DNA of 64,000 nucleotides from Actinomycetota bacterium (lineage in GTDB: Bacteria > Actinomycetota > Acidimicrobiia > IMCC26256 > PALSA-610), in contig PLBO01000154.1 of assembly GCA_003134555.1 (NCBI GenBank), forward strand, positions 102,357 through 166,356, read 5' to 3'. The notes below the pieces were generated by a model that worked only from the letters and a program-made list of their open reading frames with translations, had not been told where the DNA came from and did not search any database. Below are positions 33,403-43,927 of this stretch, in pieces. Positions within the stretch are counted from its first letter, which is position 1, and each line of letters opens with the position of its first letter. A program made the position numbers and the translations under genes.

Positions 33403-33798
33403 TCAATGCTCCGGGTCCTCCGCCGAGATCAGCTGCCGGTACGCCGCGGCGTCGAGCAACCCGTCGACCTCGCTGACGTCGGTCACCTCGAGCTCGAACA
33501 TCCAGCCCGTCCCGTAGGGGTCCTGGTTGACGAGCTCGGGCTGGTCACCCAGCGCCTCGTTCACGGCGGACACGACACCCGTCAGCGGCACGTAGACGTC
33601 GGACACCGACTTCGTCGACTCGATCTCGCTGATGCTCGCGCCGGCCACGGCATCGAGTCCGACGTCGGGCAACTGCACGAACACCACGTCGCCCAGGCTG
33701 TCCTGGGCGAAGTCGGTGATACCGATGCGGGCCACGCTGCCGGTCAGCCGGACCCACTCGTGCTCGCGGCTGTAACGAAGATCCTCGGGGATGTCCAT
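33403..33798 (-). CDS. gcvH: glycine cleavage system H protein
   Basis: 131 aa with the lipoyl-lysine motif EIESTKSVSDV. Confidence 0.9.
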   Translation of the reverse strand: MDIPEDLRYSREHEWVRLTGSVARIGITDFAQDSLGDVVFVQLPDVGLDAVAGASISEIESTKSVSDVYVPLTGVVSAVNEALGDQPELVNQDPYGTGWMFELEVTDVSEVDGLLDAAAYRQLISAEDPEH

Positions 33799-33813
33799 GG
33801 CCCGGGAGCGTAG

Positions 33814-36306
33814 CTATTGCGTGAGCTCGGCGACCTGACCGGCGTAGATCGCGACGAGACGCCGCGCCTCGACGTCGCTCGCGCCCTCGGCCCAGATATG
33901 TGTGATCGCGAGCTCGGGGTCGGGCAACACGAGCGCCCACCCTTCGGGGTACACGATCTTCACGCCGTCTACGAGCACGGTCGGGAAGTCCTTCGCCCGT
34001 TCCATGATGCCGCGCATCACCGTTCCCTTGCGCTCCCACGGTGTCGGAACGATGTCGTGCGCGACGTGCGTTTCGGGCACCTCGGCCACGATCGCCGACA
34101 GCGCGCGACCGCTCGACGCGAGCAGGTCGAGCAGGTGCACGAGAGTGGCGACCGCGTCGTACGCGGGCAGGAACGACGGCCAGATGAAGCCGCCCTCCTG
34201 CGAGGCTGCGAAGTCGACGGCACCGCTGCCGGCGATCTCCATCAGGTGCGACGCCGACAGCTTCGCCCAAGTGATCGGCGCGCCATTGCGTTGCCCGAGG
34301 TTCTCCGCCTCCCGGCTCACCGAGACGGGCAGCGCGAGGCGTGAGCCCGGTCGCAGCTCGCAGACAAGCTTCACCAAGGCGAGGAGCGCAGACTCCGACG
34401 AGAGGGGAACGCCCTGGTCGTCAATGATCGTGGCCGTCTCGCCGTCGGGATCGAATACGTATCCGAGATCGGACCCGGACGTGCGCACGAGGTCGCCGAT
34501 GGCCTTGATCCGGGTCTCGTGGTCGTCGTCGGTGGCCATGGCGCCACTCGTCGCGGCGAACGGATTGACCGCGAGAACGCTGGCGCCGAGCTTGGCGAGC
34601 ACGTTCGGCATCAGGATCGACGTCGCGCCGTACGAATAGTCGAGGACGACCTTGAACGCCCGACGCCGGAGGCGCTCGGGCTGGACGCTGGCCTCCAGCG
34701 CCGCCGTATAGAACTCGATCGCTCTCGGGGGGAACACGATGTCGCCGATATCGCCCGCGAACGCGCGCCGGAAGTCCTCCCGGTAGAGCAACCGCTCGAT
34801 CTTGCGCTGTGCGCCCTCGTCGATGTCGGCGCCGTACTCGTCCATGAAGCGGATCTCGACGCTGTCGGCGTCTCCCGACGCGAGCCGCACGCTGATCCCG
34901 CCCTGGGCGTTTTGGGTGCGCACCTGGAAGCGCGTGAGCGGCACGGTCGACAGCTCGAGGTCCATGACGTGCACGCCGCTCAGGTTGAGACCGGCGATCA
35001 ACGCGCGCTTCAGCGCCCGAGCCGAGCGACTCGTGTCGCGACTTGTGCACACGACCGCGCCCTTCTTCAGCGCCGTTCCGTACGCCATTGCGAGCCGCAC
35101 CGCCACCTCGGACGTGATGTCGACGTTCGCGAGGCCGCGCACCCCGCGCCGTCCGAACAGCGTGCGCGCGCCCTTGCTCTCCCACACGATCGACGACGTG
35201 ACGAGCGCGCCGGGCTCCACCATCTTGAACGGATAGATCTTCACCGACGGATTGATGATCGCGTGCGCTCCGACGAAGCATTCGTCGCCGATTACCACGT
35301 TCTCCTCGATCCGCGCGCCGTCGCGGATGTCGCTGGCCCTGCCGACGACCGCGCCGCGCAGGCGCGCGCCGGGACCGATGTACACGTGGTCGTGCACGAC
35401 GCAGCGTTCCAACTCGGCATCTGCCTTCACGACGACATCGGTTCCAAGCACCGTGTACGGGCGGAGCACCGCTCCCCCCTCGACCCGCGAGTTGTCGCCG
35501 ATCAGCACGGGGCCGTAGACCTCGGCGTCGGGCGACAGATCGGCGCCCTCCCCCAGCCACACTCCGTCTCGCACTTCGAAGCCCGGCATCTCGAGGTGCA
35601 TCCGGCCGTCGAGGATGTCCTCGTGCGCGCGCCGGTACGCCTCGAGGGTTCCGACGTCCTCCCAGTAGCCGTCGATCACGTGACCGATCAGCTTCTTGCC
35701 GTGCTCCAGCACCTTCGGGAACACGTCGCCCGAGAAGTCGACGACCTCTCCTTCTGGGATGAAGTCGAAGATCTCGGGCTCGAGCACGTAGATGTTGGTG
35801 TTGATGGTGTCGGAGAAGACCTCGCCCCACGTGGGTTTTTCGAGGAAACGCTCGATCGTGCCGTCCTCTCGAGTGATGACGATGCCGAATTCGACCGGGT
35901 TCTCGACCCGTTTCAGCGCGATCGACGCAAAGGCGTCGGCGGCACGGTGCGCCTTCATGACGCCGCCGAGATCGACGTCGGTCAACGCGTCGCCCGCCAC
36001 GACGAGGAACGTGTCGTCGAGCTCGTCCATGGCGTTGCGCACCGAGCCCGCGGTGCCGAGCGGTGACTCCTCGGTCGCGTACCGCATCCGCACGCCGAAC
36101 TCCGACCCGTCGCCGAAGTAATTGCGAATGTGATTCGCCAGGAACGCCACCGTGACGACGATGTCGTCGAACCCGTGGGTCGCGAGCAGCCGCACGATGT
36201 GCTCCATCATCGGAGCGTTCGCGATCGGCATCATCGGCTTGGGCTGGTTGCTCGTCAGTGGGCGAAGACGCGTTCCTTCACCGCCGGCCAGGATCACAGC
36301 CTTCAT
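33814..36306 (-). CDS. bifunctional sugar-1-phosphate nucleotidyltransferase / phosphomannomutase-like protein
   Basis: 830 aa from MKAVILAGGEGTRLRPLT (NTP-transferase G-loop). It continues with hexapeptide repeats and a C-terminal PGM/PMM-like region. The upstream 74 codons of the track ORF are Arg-rich junk. Confidence 0.8.
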   Translation of the reverse strand: MKAVILAGGEGTRLRPLTSNQPKPMMPIANAPMMEHIVRLLATHGFDDIVVTVAFLANHIRNYFGDGSEFGVRMRYATEESPLGTAGSVRNAMDELDDTFLVVAGDALTDVDLGGVMKAHRAADAFASIALKRVENPVEFGIVITREDGTIERFLEKPTWGEVFSDTINTNIYVLEPEIFDFIPEGEVVDFSGDVFPKVLEHGKKLIGHVIDGYWEDVGTLEAYRRAHEDILDGRMHLEMPGFEVRDGVWLGEGADLSPDAEVYGPVLIGDNSRVEGGAVLRPYTVLGTDVVVKADAELERCVVHDHVYIGPGARLRGAVVGRASDIRDGARIEENVVIGDECFVGAHAIINPSVKIYPFKMVEPGALVTSSIVWESKGARTLFGRRGVRGLANVDITSEVAVRLAMAYGTALKKGAVVCTSRDTSRSARALKRALIAGLNLSGVHVMDLELSTVPLTRFQVRTQNAQGGISVRLASGDADSVEIRFMDEYGADIDEGAQRKIERLLYREDFRRAFAGDIGDIVFPPRAIEFYTAALEASVQPERLRRRAFKVVLDYSYGATSILMPNVLAKLGASVLAVNPFAATSGAMATDDDHETRIKAIGDLVRTSGSDLGYVFDPDGETATIIDDQGVPLSSESALLALVKLVCELRPGSRLALPVSVSREAENLGQRNGAPITWAKLSASHLMEIAGSGAVDFAASQEGGFIWPSFLPAYDAVATLVHLLDLLASSGRALSAIVAEVPETHVAHDIVPTPWERKGTVMRGIMERAKDFPTVLVDGVKIVYPEGWALVLPDPELAITHIWAEGASDVEARRLVAIYAGQVAELTQ

Positions 36307-36887
36307 GAAGCCACCTCCGCGTGGAGCCGCGCGGTCCGTCCTTCCCGCAACGCCGCGCGCGCCGCGGGTACGTACTTCGCCGCCGCGAAGTACCCGAGCA
36401 CGATTCCCCCGATCGCGAAACCCCAACCGAGAACCTCGAACACGGTGCGTACCGAATGGGCCGCATCGGCGATGAGGAACATCGGCAGCGCGATCATGAG
36501 TGCGAGCGTGCCGGCTTTTCCGGCCCACACGACGTCGATGCGGCGCGCGCCCGCGACCGCGAGCGCCACAGTTGCGATCGCGATGAGGACCTCACGCGCG
36601 AGGACGAGCCACAAGATCACTTGGATACCGGTCGCGAGTCCCTCACGCAAGAGCGCGACCGCGGCCGCGACGAGCAGCGCCCGGTCGGCGGTCGGGTCGA
36701 GGATCTTGCCCAACTCGCTGCCCTGGTCGAAGTGGCGCGCGATCCACCCGTCGACCCAATCGGTCGCGCCGAGTACCGCGAGCAATACCGCGGCTCCGCG
36801 ACGGGCGGGGTGAGGCTCCCACAGCATCCACAAGAACACGGGTACGCACAGCAGCCGGGCCAGCGAGATGAGATTCGGAATTGTCAT
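36303..36887 (-). CDS. CDP-alcohol phosphatidyltransferase
   Basis: The motif DWVDGWIARHFDQGSELGKILDPTADR fits D(x)2DG(x)2AR...G(x)3D(x)3D. Start taken at MTIPNLISLARL; a TTG at 36920 or an ATG at 36911 are possible. Confidence 0.8.
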   Translation of the reverse strand: MTIPNLISLARLLCVPVFLWMLWEPHPARRGAAVLLAVLGATDWVDGWIARHFDQGSELGKILDPTADRALLVAAAVALLREGLATGIQVILWLVLAREVLIAIATVALAVAGARRIDVVWAGKAGTLALMIALPMFLIADAAHSVRTVFEVLGWGFAIGGIVLGYFAAAKYVPAARAALREGRTARLHAEVAS

Positions 36888-36929
36888 AACCCGTGACCGA
36901 GCGTCGACCATCGGTCTCAAGGGTACGGG

Positions 36930-38495
36930 CTACAGACCGGACGCGCCGCCCTCCGCACGCGGATCGGAACCGCAGCGGTACCCGCGGTCCATGCACTCGA
37001 TCGCGTGCGCGATCCCCGGACCGTGGCGGTAGCCCCGAACGACGTCGATCTCGTGGCCGCGGCCACGGAGGTCGTCGATCCAGGCCGGATCGAAGTGGTC
37101 CTCCATCGCGATGCGTCCGGTCGCGGGATCGATGGTGAACCGCGGCGCGCTGATCGCGCGTTGTGGGTCGTCGCCGTCGACGAGCATGCGGACCATCAAT
37201 TGCGTGTGGGTCTGCGCCTGGCCGTGGCCGCCCTCGGTGCCGAACACCAGCCACGGACGACCTTCGCTCATCGACATCGCGGGGATGAGCGTGTGCAACG
37301 GCATCTTGCGGGGCCCGATGCCGTTCGGGTGCGCGTCGTCGAGCACGAACGCCGACCCGCGGTTGTGCAGGTTGAGACCCCACTCCCCGACACGCAGCCC
37401 GGAACCGGCGCCGCCGAAGTTCGACTGGATGAGGCTCACGAGCATTCCGTCGCGGTCGGCTGCGCACATGTAGATCGTGCCGCCGTCGGGTTCGGAGTGT
37501 GCACGCGCCGGGCGCGCGCGCCGCGGATCGACTTCGGCACGTCGCGACGCGATCCAGTCGTCGCGCAGAAGTCGTTCCGGCGCAATCGTCATCGCGTCGG
37601 GGTCGCCGAGGTACTGCCGGCGGTCGGCGAGCGCGAGCTTGACCGCCTCGATCAACAGGTGCTCGCGATCCGGCCCGTCGTCCGGCCCGAGCTCGAAGCC
37701 GTCGACGATCCGCAGGGCTTCGAGCGCGGTGAGTCCTTGCGTCGGTGGCGGCATCTCGAGAATCTCGACGTCACGGAACGGCGCCCGCAGTGGCTCGACC
37801 CACGCGCCCGCGTGCGCGGCAACGTCGGCGGCGGTCATGCAGCCGCCGGCGTGCTGGATCCGCTCGGCGATCGCCGCGCCGATCGGCCCGCGGTAGTAGG
37901 CGTCGGGGCCGTCGGCTGCCAACGTGCGGATGGTCCGCGCGAGCTCGGGTTGACGGATCCAATCGCCGGCCGAGACGTCGCCGTAGGCGTCGTGAAAGTC
38001 GGAGAGACCGAAGTGGTCGTAGAGGATCGCGCTGTTCTCGAAGAACCACGCGCCCCGCTTGGTGACCGGAAAACCCTCTTCCGCGTAAAGGAGCGCCCGC
38101 TGCGCGAGCTCCCCGAACGACCGCGTCGCGAACTTCTCGATGAGCGTGAACCACGCCTCGACCGCGCCCGGCACGGTCACGGGGTGCGGACCGAAGACCG
38201 GCATCTCCGACTCACCCGATTGCGCCCGGACGAAGTCGGCGGTCGCGCCGGCGGGCGCACGGCCCACGCCCCGGTACGCGCTCAGCCCACCGTCCCACAC
38301 CATCGCGAGCAGGTCGCCGCCGAAGCCGCACATGTACGGCGTCACGACTCCGAGGACGAAGTTGGCCGCGAACGCGGCATCGATCGCGTTCCCGCCCTCG
38401 GCCAGCATCGCGGCCCCGGCCGCGGAGGCGAGGTAATGCGGAGTGCAGACGACTCCGTTCGGGTACGCCCGCGCCTCTTGCAGCCACACGCTCAC
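36930..38495 (-). CDS. ggt: gamma-glutamyltransferase
   Basis: 521 aa with the GGT-family N-terminus (CTPHYLASAAGAAMLAEGGNAIDAA) and the autoprocessing region PDGGTIYMCAAD. Confidence 0.85.
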   Translation of the reverse strand: MSVWLQEARAYPNGVVCTPHYLASAAGAAMLAEGGNAIDAAFAANFVLGVVTPYMCGFGGDLLAMVWDGGLSAYRGVGRAPAGATADFVRAQSGESEMPVFGPHPVTVPGAVEAWFTLIEKFATRSFGELAQRALLYAEEGFPVTKRGAWFFENSAILYDHFGLSDFHDAYGDVSAGDWIRQPELARTIRTLAADGPDAYYRGPIGAAIAERIQHAGGCMTAADVAAHAGAWVEPLRAPFRDVEILEMPPPTQGLTALEALRIVDGFELGPDDGPDREHLLIEAVKLALADRRQYLGDPDAMTIAPERLLRDDWIASRRAEVDPRRARPARAHSEPDGGTIYMCAADRDGMLVSLIQSNFGGAGSGLRVGEWGLNLHNRGSAFVLDDAHPNGIGPRKMPLHTLIPAMSMSEGRPWLVFGTEGGHGQAQTHTQLMVRMLVDGDDPQRAISAPRFTIDPATGRIAMEDHFDPAWIDDLRGRGHEIDVVRGYRHGPGIAHAIECMDRGYRCGSDPRAEGGASGL

Positions 38496-38577
38496 GCCGG
38501 CGGACGTTACTCACTCCATCCGACGACGGGCGACGACCGGCAACGAGCGCGACCGGAGCGCTCGGTAGTGTCGCCGG

Positions 38578-40155
38578 ATGGAGTTCAACCTTGCCGACCT
38601 GTTCGAGGCCGTGGCCGACGCGGTGCCCGATCGCACCGCGCTCATCGCCGGCGATCGCCGCCTCACGTATCGCGAGCTCGACGAGCGCGCGAACCGAGTG
38701 GCGCACTACCTGCGCGACGTCGGAGTTCTTCCCGGCCAGCATGTCGGCATCTACGCCTTCAACCGCGCCGAATGGGTCGAGTCGATGCTCGGCTGCTTCA
38801 AGGCTCGGGCGGTACCGATCAACGTGAACTACCGCTACGTCGTCGAGGAGCTGCGCTACCTCTTCGACAATGCCGATCTCGTCGCACTGATCTTCGAGGC
38901 GGAGTTCGGGCCGCACGTGGTCTCGGTCCTGCCCGGTGTTCCCAAGCTCCGCCATCTCGTCCAGCTCGACGACGGCACGAACACGGTGACCGCGGGTCTC
39001 GACGCGGTCGACTACGAAGACGCGCTCGCGGCCGCGGAGCCGACCCGCGACGGCCTGCTCCCGCGTTCGCCCGACGACCTCTACGTCCTCTACACCGGCG
39101 GCACCACCGGCATGCCGAAGGGCGTGATGTGGCGCGCCGAGGACATCTTCTTCGCCGCGATGGGCGGCGGGAACTACGGCGGTCCGGGCATCGAACATCC
39201 GGCTGATCTCACGAAGAATCTCAGCGGGACGCCCGGGATCAGCTTCGCGCTCGCGCCGCTGATGCACGGCAACGCGCAGTGGTCAACCTTCGTCGCGCTC
39301 TTCGGCGGCAATTCGGTGACGCTCAACGCGAGCCGGCGCTTCGACGCCGACGAGATCTGGGATCTCGTCGAGCGAGAGGGCGTGAACGTGATCTCGCTGG
39401 TCGGCGACGCGATGGCGCGCCCACTGGTCGACGCGCTCGCCCATCGCACGGCGCCATCGACGTTGTTCGCTCTCGTCTCCGGCGGTGCGATCCTCTCCCC
39501 CGCCATCAAGCAGGAGCTCAACGAGCGTGCACCGAACGTAGCGATCATCGACGCGTTCGGCGCGTCGGAGACGGGCGCGAACGGGGCAGTCGACGTCACC
39601 GACAAGGGTCCGCGCTTTCACATGAACGAATGGACGACGGTGATCACGGAGGAGGGCGACATCGCGCCGGCCGGCGAGATCGGGCTCCTCGCCCGCCGCG
39701 GCCACGTGCCCGTCGGCTACTACAAGGACGCGGAGAAAACAGCGGCGACGTTCACCGAGATGCACGGTGTTCGCTGGGCGATCCCGGGCGACCGCGCGGT
39801 CATCGAGCACGACGGCACGATCACGGTGCTGGGGCGCGGCTCGCAATGCATCAACACCGGCGGCGAGAAGGTCTTCCCCGAGGAGGTGGAGGCGGTGCTC
39901 AAAAGTCATCCCGACGTGTTCGACGCGGTGGTCGTCGGCGTACCCGACGAACGATGGGGCGAGTCGGTCGCCGCGGTGATCGCGCCGCGCGCCGGTCGCA
40001 CGGTGTCGCTCGAGCTGTTGACCGAGCACTGCCGCACCGCGCTCGCCGGCTACAAGCTGCCGCGCCGGATCGTCGTCGTCGACACCGTGGAACGCACCCC
40101 CGCGGGCAAGCCAAACTACCGATGGGCCAAGGCGACCGCGGTCGCCGCCTCGTAG
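38578..40155 (+). CDS. acyl-CoA synthetase (AMP-dependent synthetase/ligase)
   Basis: 525 aa with the AMP-binding motif YTGGTTGMPKGV. Confidence 0.85.
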   Translation: MEFNLADLFEAVADAVPDRTALIAGDRRLTYRELDERANRVAHYLRDVGVLPGQHVGIYAFNRAEWVESMLGCFKARAVPINVNYRYVVEELRYLFDNADLVALIFEAEFGPHVVSVLPGVPKLRHLVQLDDGTNTVTAGLDAVDYEDALAAAEPTRDGLLPRSPDDLYVLYTGGTTGMPKGVMWRAEDIFFAAMGGGNYGGPGIEHPADLTKNLSGTPGISFALAPLMHGNAQWSTFVALFGGNSVTLNASRRFDADEIWDLVEREGVNVISLVGDAMARPLVDALAHRTAPSTLFALVSGGAILSPAIKQELNERAPNVAIIDAFGASETGANGAVDVTDKGPRFHMNEWTTVITEEGDIAPAGEIGLLARRGHVPVGYYKDAEKTAATFTEMHGVRWAIPGDRAVIEHDGTITVLGRGSQCINTGGEKVFPEEVEAVLKSHPDVFDAVVVGVPDERWGESVAAVIAPRAGRTVSLELLTEHCRTALAGYKLPRRIVVVDTVERTPAGKPNYRWAKATAVAAS

Positions 40156-40170
40156 CGTTCCAGAGTCGGA

Positions 40171-40587
40171 CTACAACATTCCGTAGGCGCGGTTGGGCTC
40201 GAGCCTGACGATGACGCGACGATCGGCGACCATCGACTGGCGGTAGGCGTCCCAGTCGTTGTGCTCCCCCACTGCCGCGCGGTAGTACTCGACGAGCTCC
40301 TCCACCGTCGCGTCGTCGGTTCGCGTCGCGACGGGCGACAGCTCGACGTCGCTCTCGAGCACCGCGTAGGCGTAGAAGTCGGGCTGAGTGACGTGCAGCG
40401 CGGCCCAGGGCTCACGCACCATGTTCTTGTACTTGGCCCGATCGGCTGTGATCGAGATGCGGATCAAGCCGTCGTCGTAGACGTGGTGGAGCACGTTCGA
40501 CAACTGCGGCCGACCGCCGGCGCGGATCGTGGTCAGGAGGGAATGGGTGTTCACCCGGGCGAAATCGAGTGCTTTGCTCAGTTCCAT
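40171..40587 (-). CDS. PPOX-class (likely F420-dependent) oxidoreductase
   Basis: 138 aa from MELSKALDF, with AAGGAGGG directly upstream. The segment LLTTIRAGGRPQLSNV is typical of the pyridoxamine-5-phosphate-oxidase-like split-barrel family. Confidence 0.7.
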   Translation of the reverse strand: MELSKALDFARVNTHSLLTTIRAGGRPQLSNVLHHVYDDGLIRISITADRAKYKNMVREPWAALHVTQPDFYAYAVLESDVELSPVATRTDDATVEELVEYYRAAVGEHNDWDAYRQSMVADRRVIVRLEPNRAYGML

Positions 40588-40601
40588 GACCCTCCTTAAA
40601 G

Positions 40602-40898
40602 TCACGAGATCTCGTACTGCACGGCGGTGCGCGCGGCCAGGATCGGCGAGATGAGCTCCGCGATGATGCGCCGATGCTCGGCGTCGTCCCGGTAGACGAT
40701 GTAGTCGTCGATGCTCGCAAAGTCGGCGGCGACGGCGAAGCTCGCGTTTCCTTCGTTCACTCCGAGATCGCGGCCGATCACGTACGCGCGTACTTGCGGA
40801 AGCCGGGAGGGAAGGGTCGACAGTGCGTCCTCGACCGCCTGTACCTGCGCGTCGGTCGCAGTCTCGACGAAGCTCAGGAGCACGATGTGACGGATCAC
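40602..40898 (-). CDS. Dabb (stress-responsive alpha/beta-barrel) family protein
   Basis: The GTG at 40898 overlaps the SDR stop (GTGA). The sequence VIRHIVLLSF...SFAVAADFASIDDYIVYRDDAEH fits Dabb. Confidence 0.7.
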   Translation of the reverse strand: MIRHIVLLSFVETATDAQVQAVEDALSTLPSRLPQVRAYVIGRDLGVNEGNASFAVAADFASIDDYIVYRDDAEHRRIIAELISPILAARTAVQYEIS

Positions 40899-41638
40899 AG
40901 CAAGCCGCCGTACGCGCCGCCGTCGACCTGGATCGCAGTGCCCGTCATGTAGCGCGCGTGCTCGGAGCACACGAACGCTCCGATCCGGCCGAAGTCGCCC
41001 GGGTCGCCGATCACTCCCGCGGGCACGCCCGCGGCCGGATCACCGCCCGAGCCGTGCAGCGCGGCGATCCGTTCGGTCGCGTGCAACCCGGGTAACAACG
41101 AGTTGACCGTGACCCCGTCGCTCGCAACCTCGCGCGCGAGCGTGCGCAGGAAGCCGGTAAGGCCCGCGCGCGCCGTATTCGACAAGATCAGGTTCGGGAT
41201 CGGCTGGCGGACCGCGATCGATGTGATCGCGACCACACGGCCCCACCCGCGCTCCCGCATCGCCGGGACCGCCTCGTAACACATCGCGATCGCGCCGCGG
41301 CAGTTCAGCTCGAAGGCCGCGAGGTACTGCTCGACCGTGGTGTGGGCGAAGTCGCCGGCCGGAGGTCCGCCGGCGTTGAGCACCAGGATGTCGATCCCGC
41401 CCAGCGCGGCCCGCGCATCGCGAACGAATCCGGCGGCCCCCTCGACGTGCGAGACGTCGGCGACGACGGGCACACTCCCGCGACCGATGGCGACCGCAGC
41501 CGCGTCGATCGTCTCGCGGTTCCGGCCGCAGATCGCAACCTTGACGCCTTCGGCGGCGAGCGCGTCCGCGATCCCGAAGCCCAATCCCCTGGACGCAGCC
41601 GCGACCGCGGCCCGCCGACCGGTGATTCCGAGATCCAC
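40895..41638 (-). CDS. SDR-family oxidoreductase
   Basis: 247 aa. A degenerate TGxxxGxG-type dinucleotide motif (AAASRGLG) and NAGG are present. Confidence 0.8.
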   Translation of the reverse strand: MDLGITGRRAAVAAASRGLGFGIADALAAEGVKVAICGRNRETIDAAAVAIGRGSVPVVADVSHVEGAAGFVRDARAALGGIDILVLNAGGPPAGDFAHTTVEQYLAAFELNCRGAIAMCYEAVPAMRERGWGRVVAITSIAVRQPIPNLILSNTARAGLTGFLRTLAREVASDGVTVNSLLPGLHATERIAALHGSGGDPAAGVPAGVIGDPGDFGRIGAFVCSEHARYMTGTAIQVDGGAYGGLL

Positions 41639-41668
41639 GCGCGACCTCCGTCTTTTCCCGCCGACGAG

Positions 41669-42448
41669 TTAGTGAATCGGGCCCGCAGTGTCGCGCAGCG
41701 ACTGGGCGCGCCGCCCGGTACGCAATGCGATCACCTCGGCGCAGACCGCAACCGCCGTCTCCTCGGGCGTGCGGGCGCCGATGTCGAGTCCGATGGGCGA
41801 CATCACCCGGGCGATCTCTGCATCGGTCAACCCGGCGTCCCGCAGGCGCTGGGTGCGCTGTTCGTGCGTGCGCCGCGATCCCATCGCGCCGAGGTAGCCC
41901 ACGCCGGTCTTGACCGCGGCGGCGATCGCGGGAACGTCGAACTTGTGATCGTGCGTCAACACGCAGATCGCGTCGCGCGGCCCGAGCTCCTCGCCGACCT
42001 TGGCCAGATAGCGATCGGGCCAGTCGTTGACAACCTCGTCGGCCATCGGGAAACGCAACACGGTCGCGAATACCGCGCGTGCGTCACACACGGTCACGCG
42101 ATAACCGAGCACCTTCGCGACCTTCGCGAGCGCGGCGGTGAAGTCGACCGCGCCGAAGATGATCATGCGCGGCGGCAACGCGAACGACTCGATGAACACG
42201 CTGACGTCGCGCTCGCGGGCCTCGCCGTGCGCGCCGTAGTGACGAGTGGACGTGAGGCCTGCTTCGAGCTCACCGCGCGCGTCGCGCGCCACAACGCGAT
42301 CGAGGTTCGCGTCGCCGAGCGAACCCGAGGCCTGACCGTCCGGCCTGACCAACAGCTTGGCGCCGAGATTCGGGCCCTCGACGACGGTCGCCAGCGCGAG
42401 GGGCTCCCCGGCGCGCAGCGCGTCGCGCAATTCGTCGTATCGACTCAC
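41669..42448 (-). CDS. XdhC/CoxI-family accessory protein (Rossmann-domain type)
   Basis: The GTG at 42448 overlaps the upstream stop (GTGA). The segment MIIFGAVDFTAALAKVAKVLGYRVTVCDAR fits the XdhC C-terminal domain. Confidence 0.75.
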   Translation of the reverse strand: MSRYDELRDALRAGEPLALATVVEGPNLGAKLLVRPDGQASGSLGDANLDRVVARDARGELEAGLTSTRHYGAHGEARERDVSVFIESFALPPRMIIFGAVDFTAALAKVAKVLGYRVTVCDARAVFATVLRFPMADEVVNDWPDRYLAKVGEELGPRDAICVLTHDHKFDVPAIAAAVKTGVGYLGAMGSRRTHEQRTQRLRDAGLTDAEIARVMSPIGLDIGARTPEETAVAVCAEVIALRTGRRAQSLRDTAGPIH

Positions 42449-42762
42449 CAGTCCAACGGCTCCACGAACAGGTGGATCGTGCCGCCGCACGTGAGCCCGA
42501 CCGCGAACGCCTCGTCGTCGGAGTAGCCGAACGTGACGATTCCTCGTTGTTTCTCACCGGCGAGAATCGCGAGTGCCTCTTGCACCACCGCTCCTTCGAC
42601 GCATCCGCCGGAGACCGAACCCGCAACCTCGCCCGCGTCGTTCACCGCCATCGTCGCCCCGGGGTCGCGGGGGCTCGATCCTTCGATCCCCACCACGCGC
42701 GCGATCGCGACGCGATGGCCCGAGGTGCGCCAGCGTTCGATGTCGTCCAGGACTTCCTTCAT
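42445..42762 (-). CDS. XdhC/CoxI N-terminal-domain protein
   Basis: 105 aa. The segment VAIARVVGIEGSSPRDPGATMAVNDAGEVAGSVSGGCVEG is the XdhC_CoxI signature. Confidence 0.75.
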   Translation of the reverse strand: MKEVLDDIERWRTSGHRVAIARVVGIEGSSPRDPGATMAVNDAGEVAGSVSGGCVEGAVVQEALAILAGEKQRGIVTFGYSDDEAFAVGLTCGGTIHLFVEPLDW

Positions 42763-42784
42763 AGGTGCCTTCTCGCTCTCCGGC

Positions 42785-43927
42785 TCACTCCGAAATCACC
42801 CGCGCGAGCTGCTCCAACGCGGCGAGGGAATGACCCTCGACGAACTCGTCAACGTACGGAAGTGCCGCCGCCATTCCGCGTGCGAGCGGCGCGTAGCCCG
42901 GACTGGCCTTCAGCGGGTTGACCCACACGATGCGGTACGCGACACGCTGCAGTCGCGCCATCTGCTCGGCGAGTACCTCGGGCTCGCCCCGGTCCCAGCC
43001 GTCGGAGAAGATCACGACCACTGCACCTCGGGCGAGGCCGCGAATCCCCCACTCGTCGTTGAACCGGCGCACCCCCTCTCCGAGGCGGGTCCCCCCCGAC
43101 CAGTCGGTGACCCGGCGGGCGGCGGCGTGCACAGCCGCGTCGGGATCGCGCGACGCGAGATCGCGTGTGACCCGCGTGAGGCGGGTGCCCAACGCGAACG
43201 CCTCGACGCGCGAACGGCTGACCACTGCCGCGTGCAGGAAGCGGACGAACGCGCGCGCGTACGGCTCCATCGAGCCGCTCACGTCGAGCAGCAGGACGAG
43301 CCGGCGAGTCCGTTCGCCTGTGGTGAGAAACGCGCGTTCGACCGGCTCGCCGCCGGCGCGCATCGACCGCCGTACTGTCCGACGCAGATCGGGTGCGCCG
43401 CGGCGCGCCTGCGATCGCTTCCGCCGCCGCGAGGGTCGGGCCGCGCCGACGAGGCGCAGGTCACTCATGAGCCGGCGCGCCTCGACGAACTCGTCCGGCG
43501 TGTACAGCGCGAAGTCGCGGTGGCGGAGGATCTCCGTCGGGCTCCAGCGCAGCGTGACGACCGGCGCGTCGACGCCGACCTCGTCGTCGGGTCCGACCGG
43601 GTCGTCGGCACCGGGAACGTCGAGCGCGACGACCACTTCCTCGGGCGGCAATTCGATCTCGTCGGCGCCGGCTTCGCGACGATCCCAGAAGACCGCGAAC
43701 GCGCGGTCGAACACCGCGATGTCCTCGGGGCGATTCAGCATCGTCGCCCGACCGGTCCAGTACACGCCGGACCGGCTCGCGAGCCCCACACACCCGAGAG
43801 CCCGGGTGAAGGTAAGCGTGGCGCCGACCGGCACCTCCAAGCCTGCACCGCGGAGCACACGCGCGAATGCGACCGCGATCCGCTCCGGCGCGGTTTCCGA
43901 AACCGGCTCCGTTGTCGTCTCAGGCAC
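42785..43927 (-). CDS. VWA-domain protein, CoxE-like
   Basis: The GTG at 43927 overlaps the MoxR gene end by 8 nt. MIDAS-like LLLDVSGSM. Follows a MoxR ATPase as in coxD-coxE pairs. Confidence 0.75.
   Translation of the reverse strand: MPETTTEPVSETAPERIAVAFARVLRGAGLEVPVGATLTFTRALGCVGLASRSGVYWTGRATMLNRPEDIAVFDRAFAVFWDRREAGADEIELPPEEVVVALDVPGADDPVGPDDEVGVDAPVVTLRWSPTEILRHRDFALYTPDEFVEARRLMSDLRLVGAARPSRRRKRSQARRGAPDLRRTVRRSMRAGGEPVERAFLTTGERTRRLVLLLDVSGSMEPYARAFVRFLHAAVVSRSRVEAFALGTRLTRVTRDLASRDPDAAVHAAARRVTDWSGGTRLGEGVRRFNDEWGIRGLARGAVVVIFSDGWDRGEPEVLAEQMARLQRVAYRIVWVNPLKASPGYAPLARGMAAALPYVDEFVEGHSLAALEQLARVISE

Noticed and set aside
28786-33813. Looked for a glycine riboswitch upstream of gcvT and gcvH
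   Set aside because: Both genes are preceded by overlapping or closely spaced coding sequence (4-nt overlap; 15-nt gap). That leaves no room for an aptamer, and no glycine-riboswitch-like sequence was seen.
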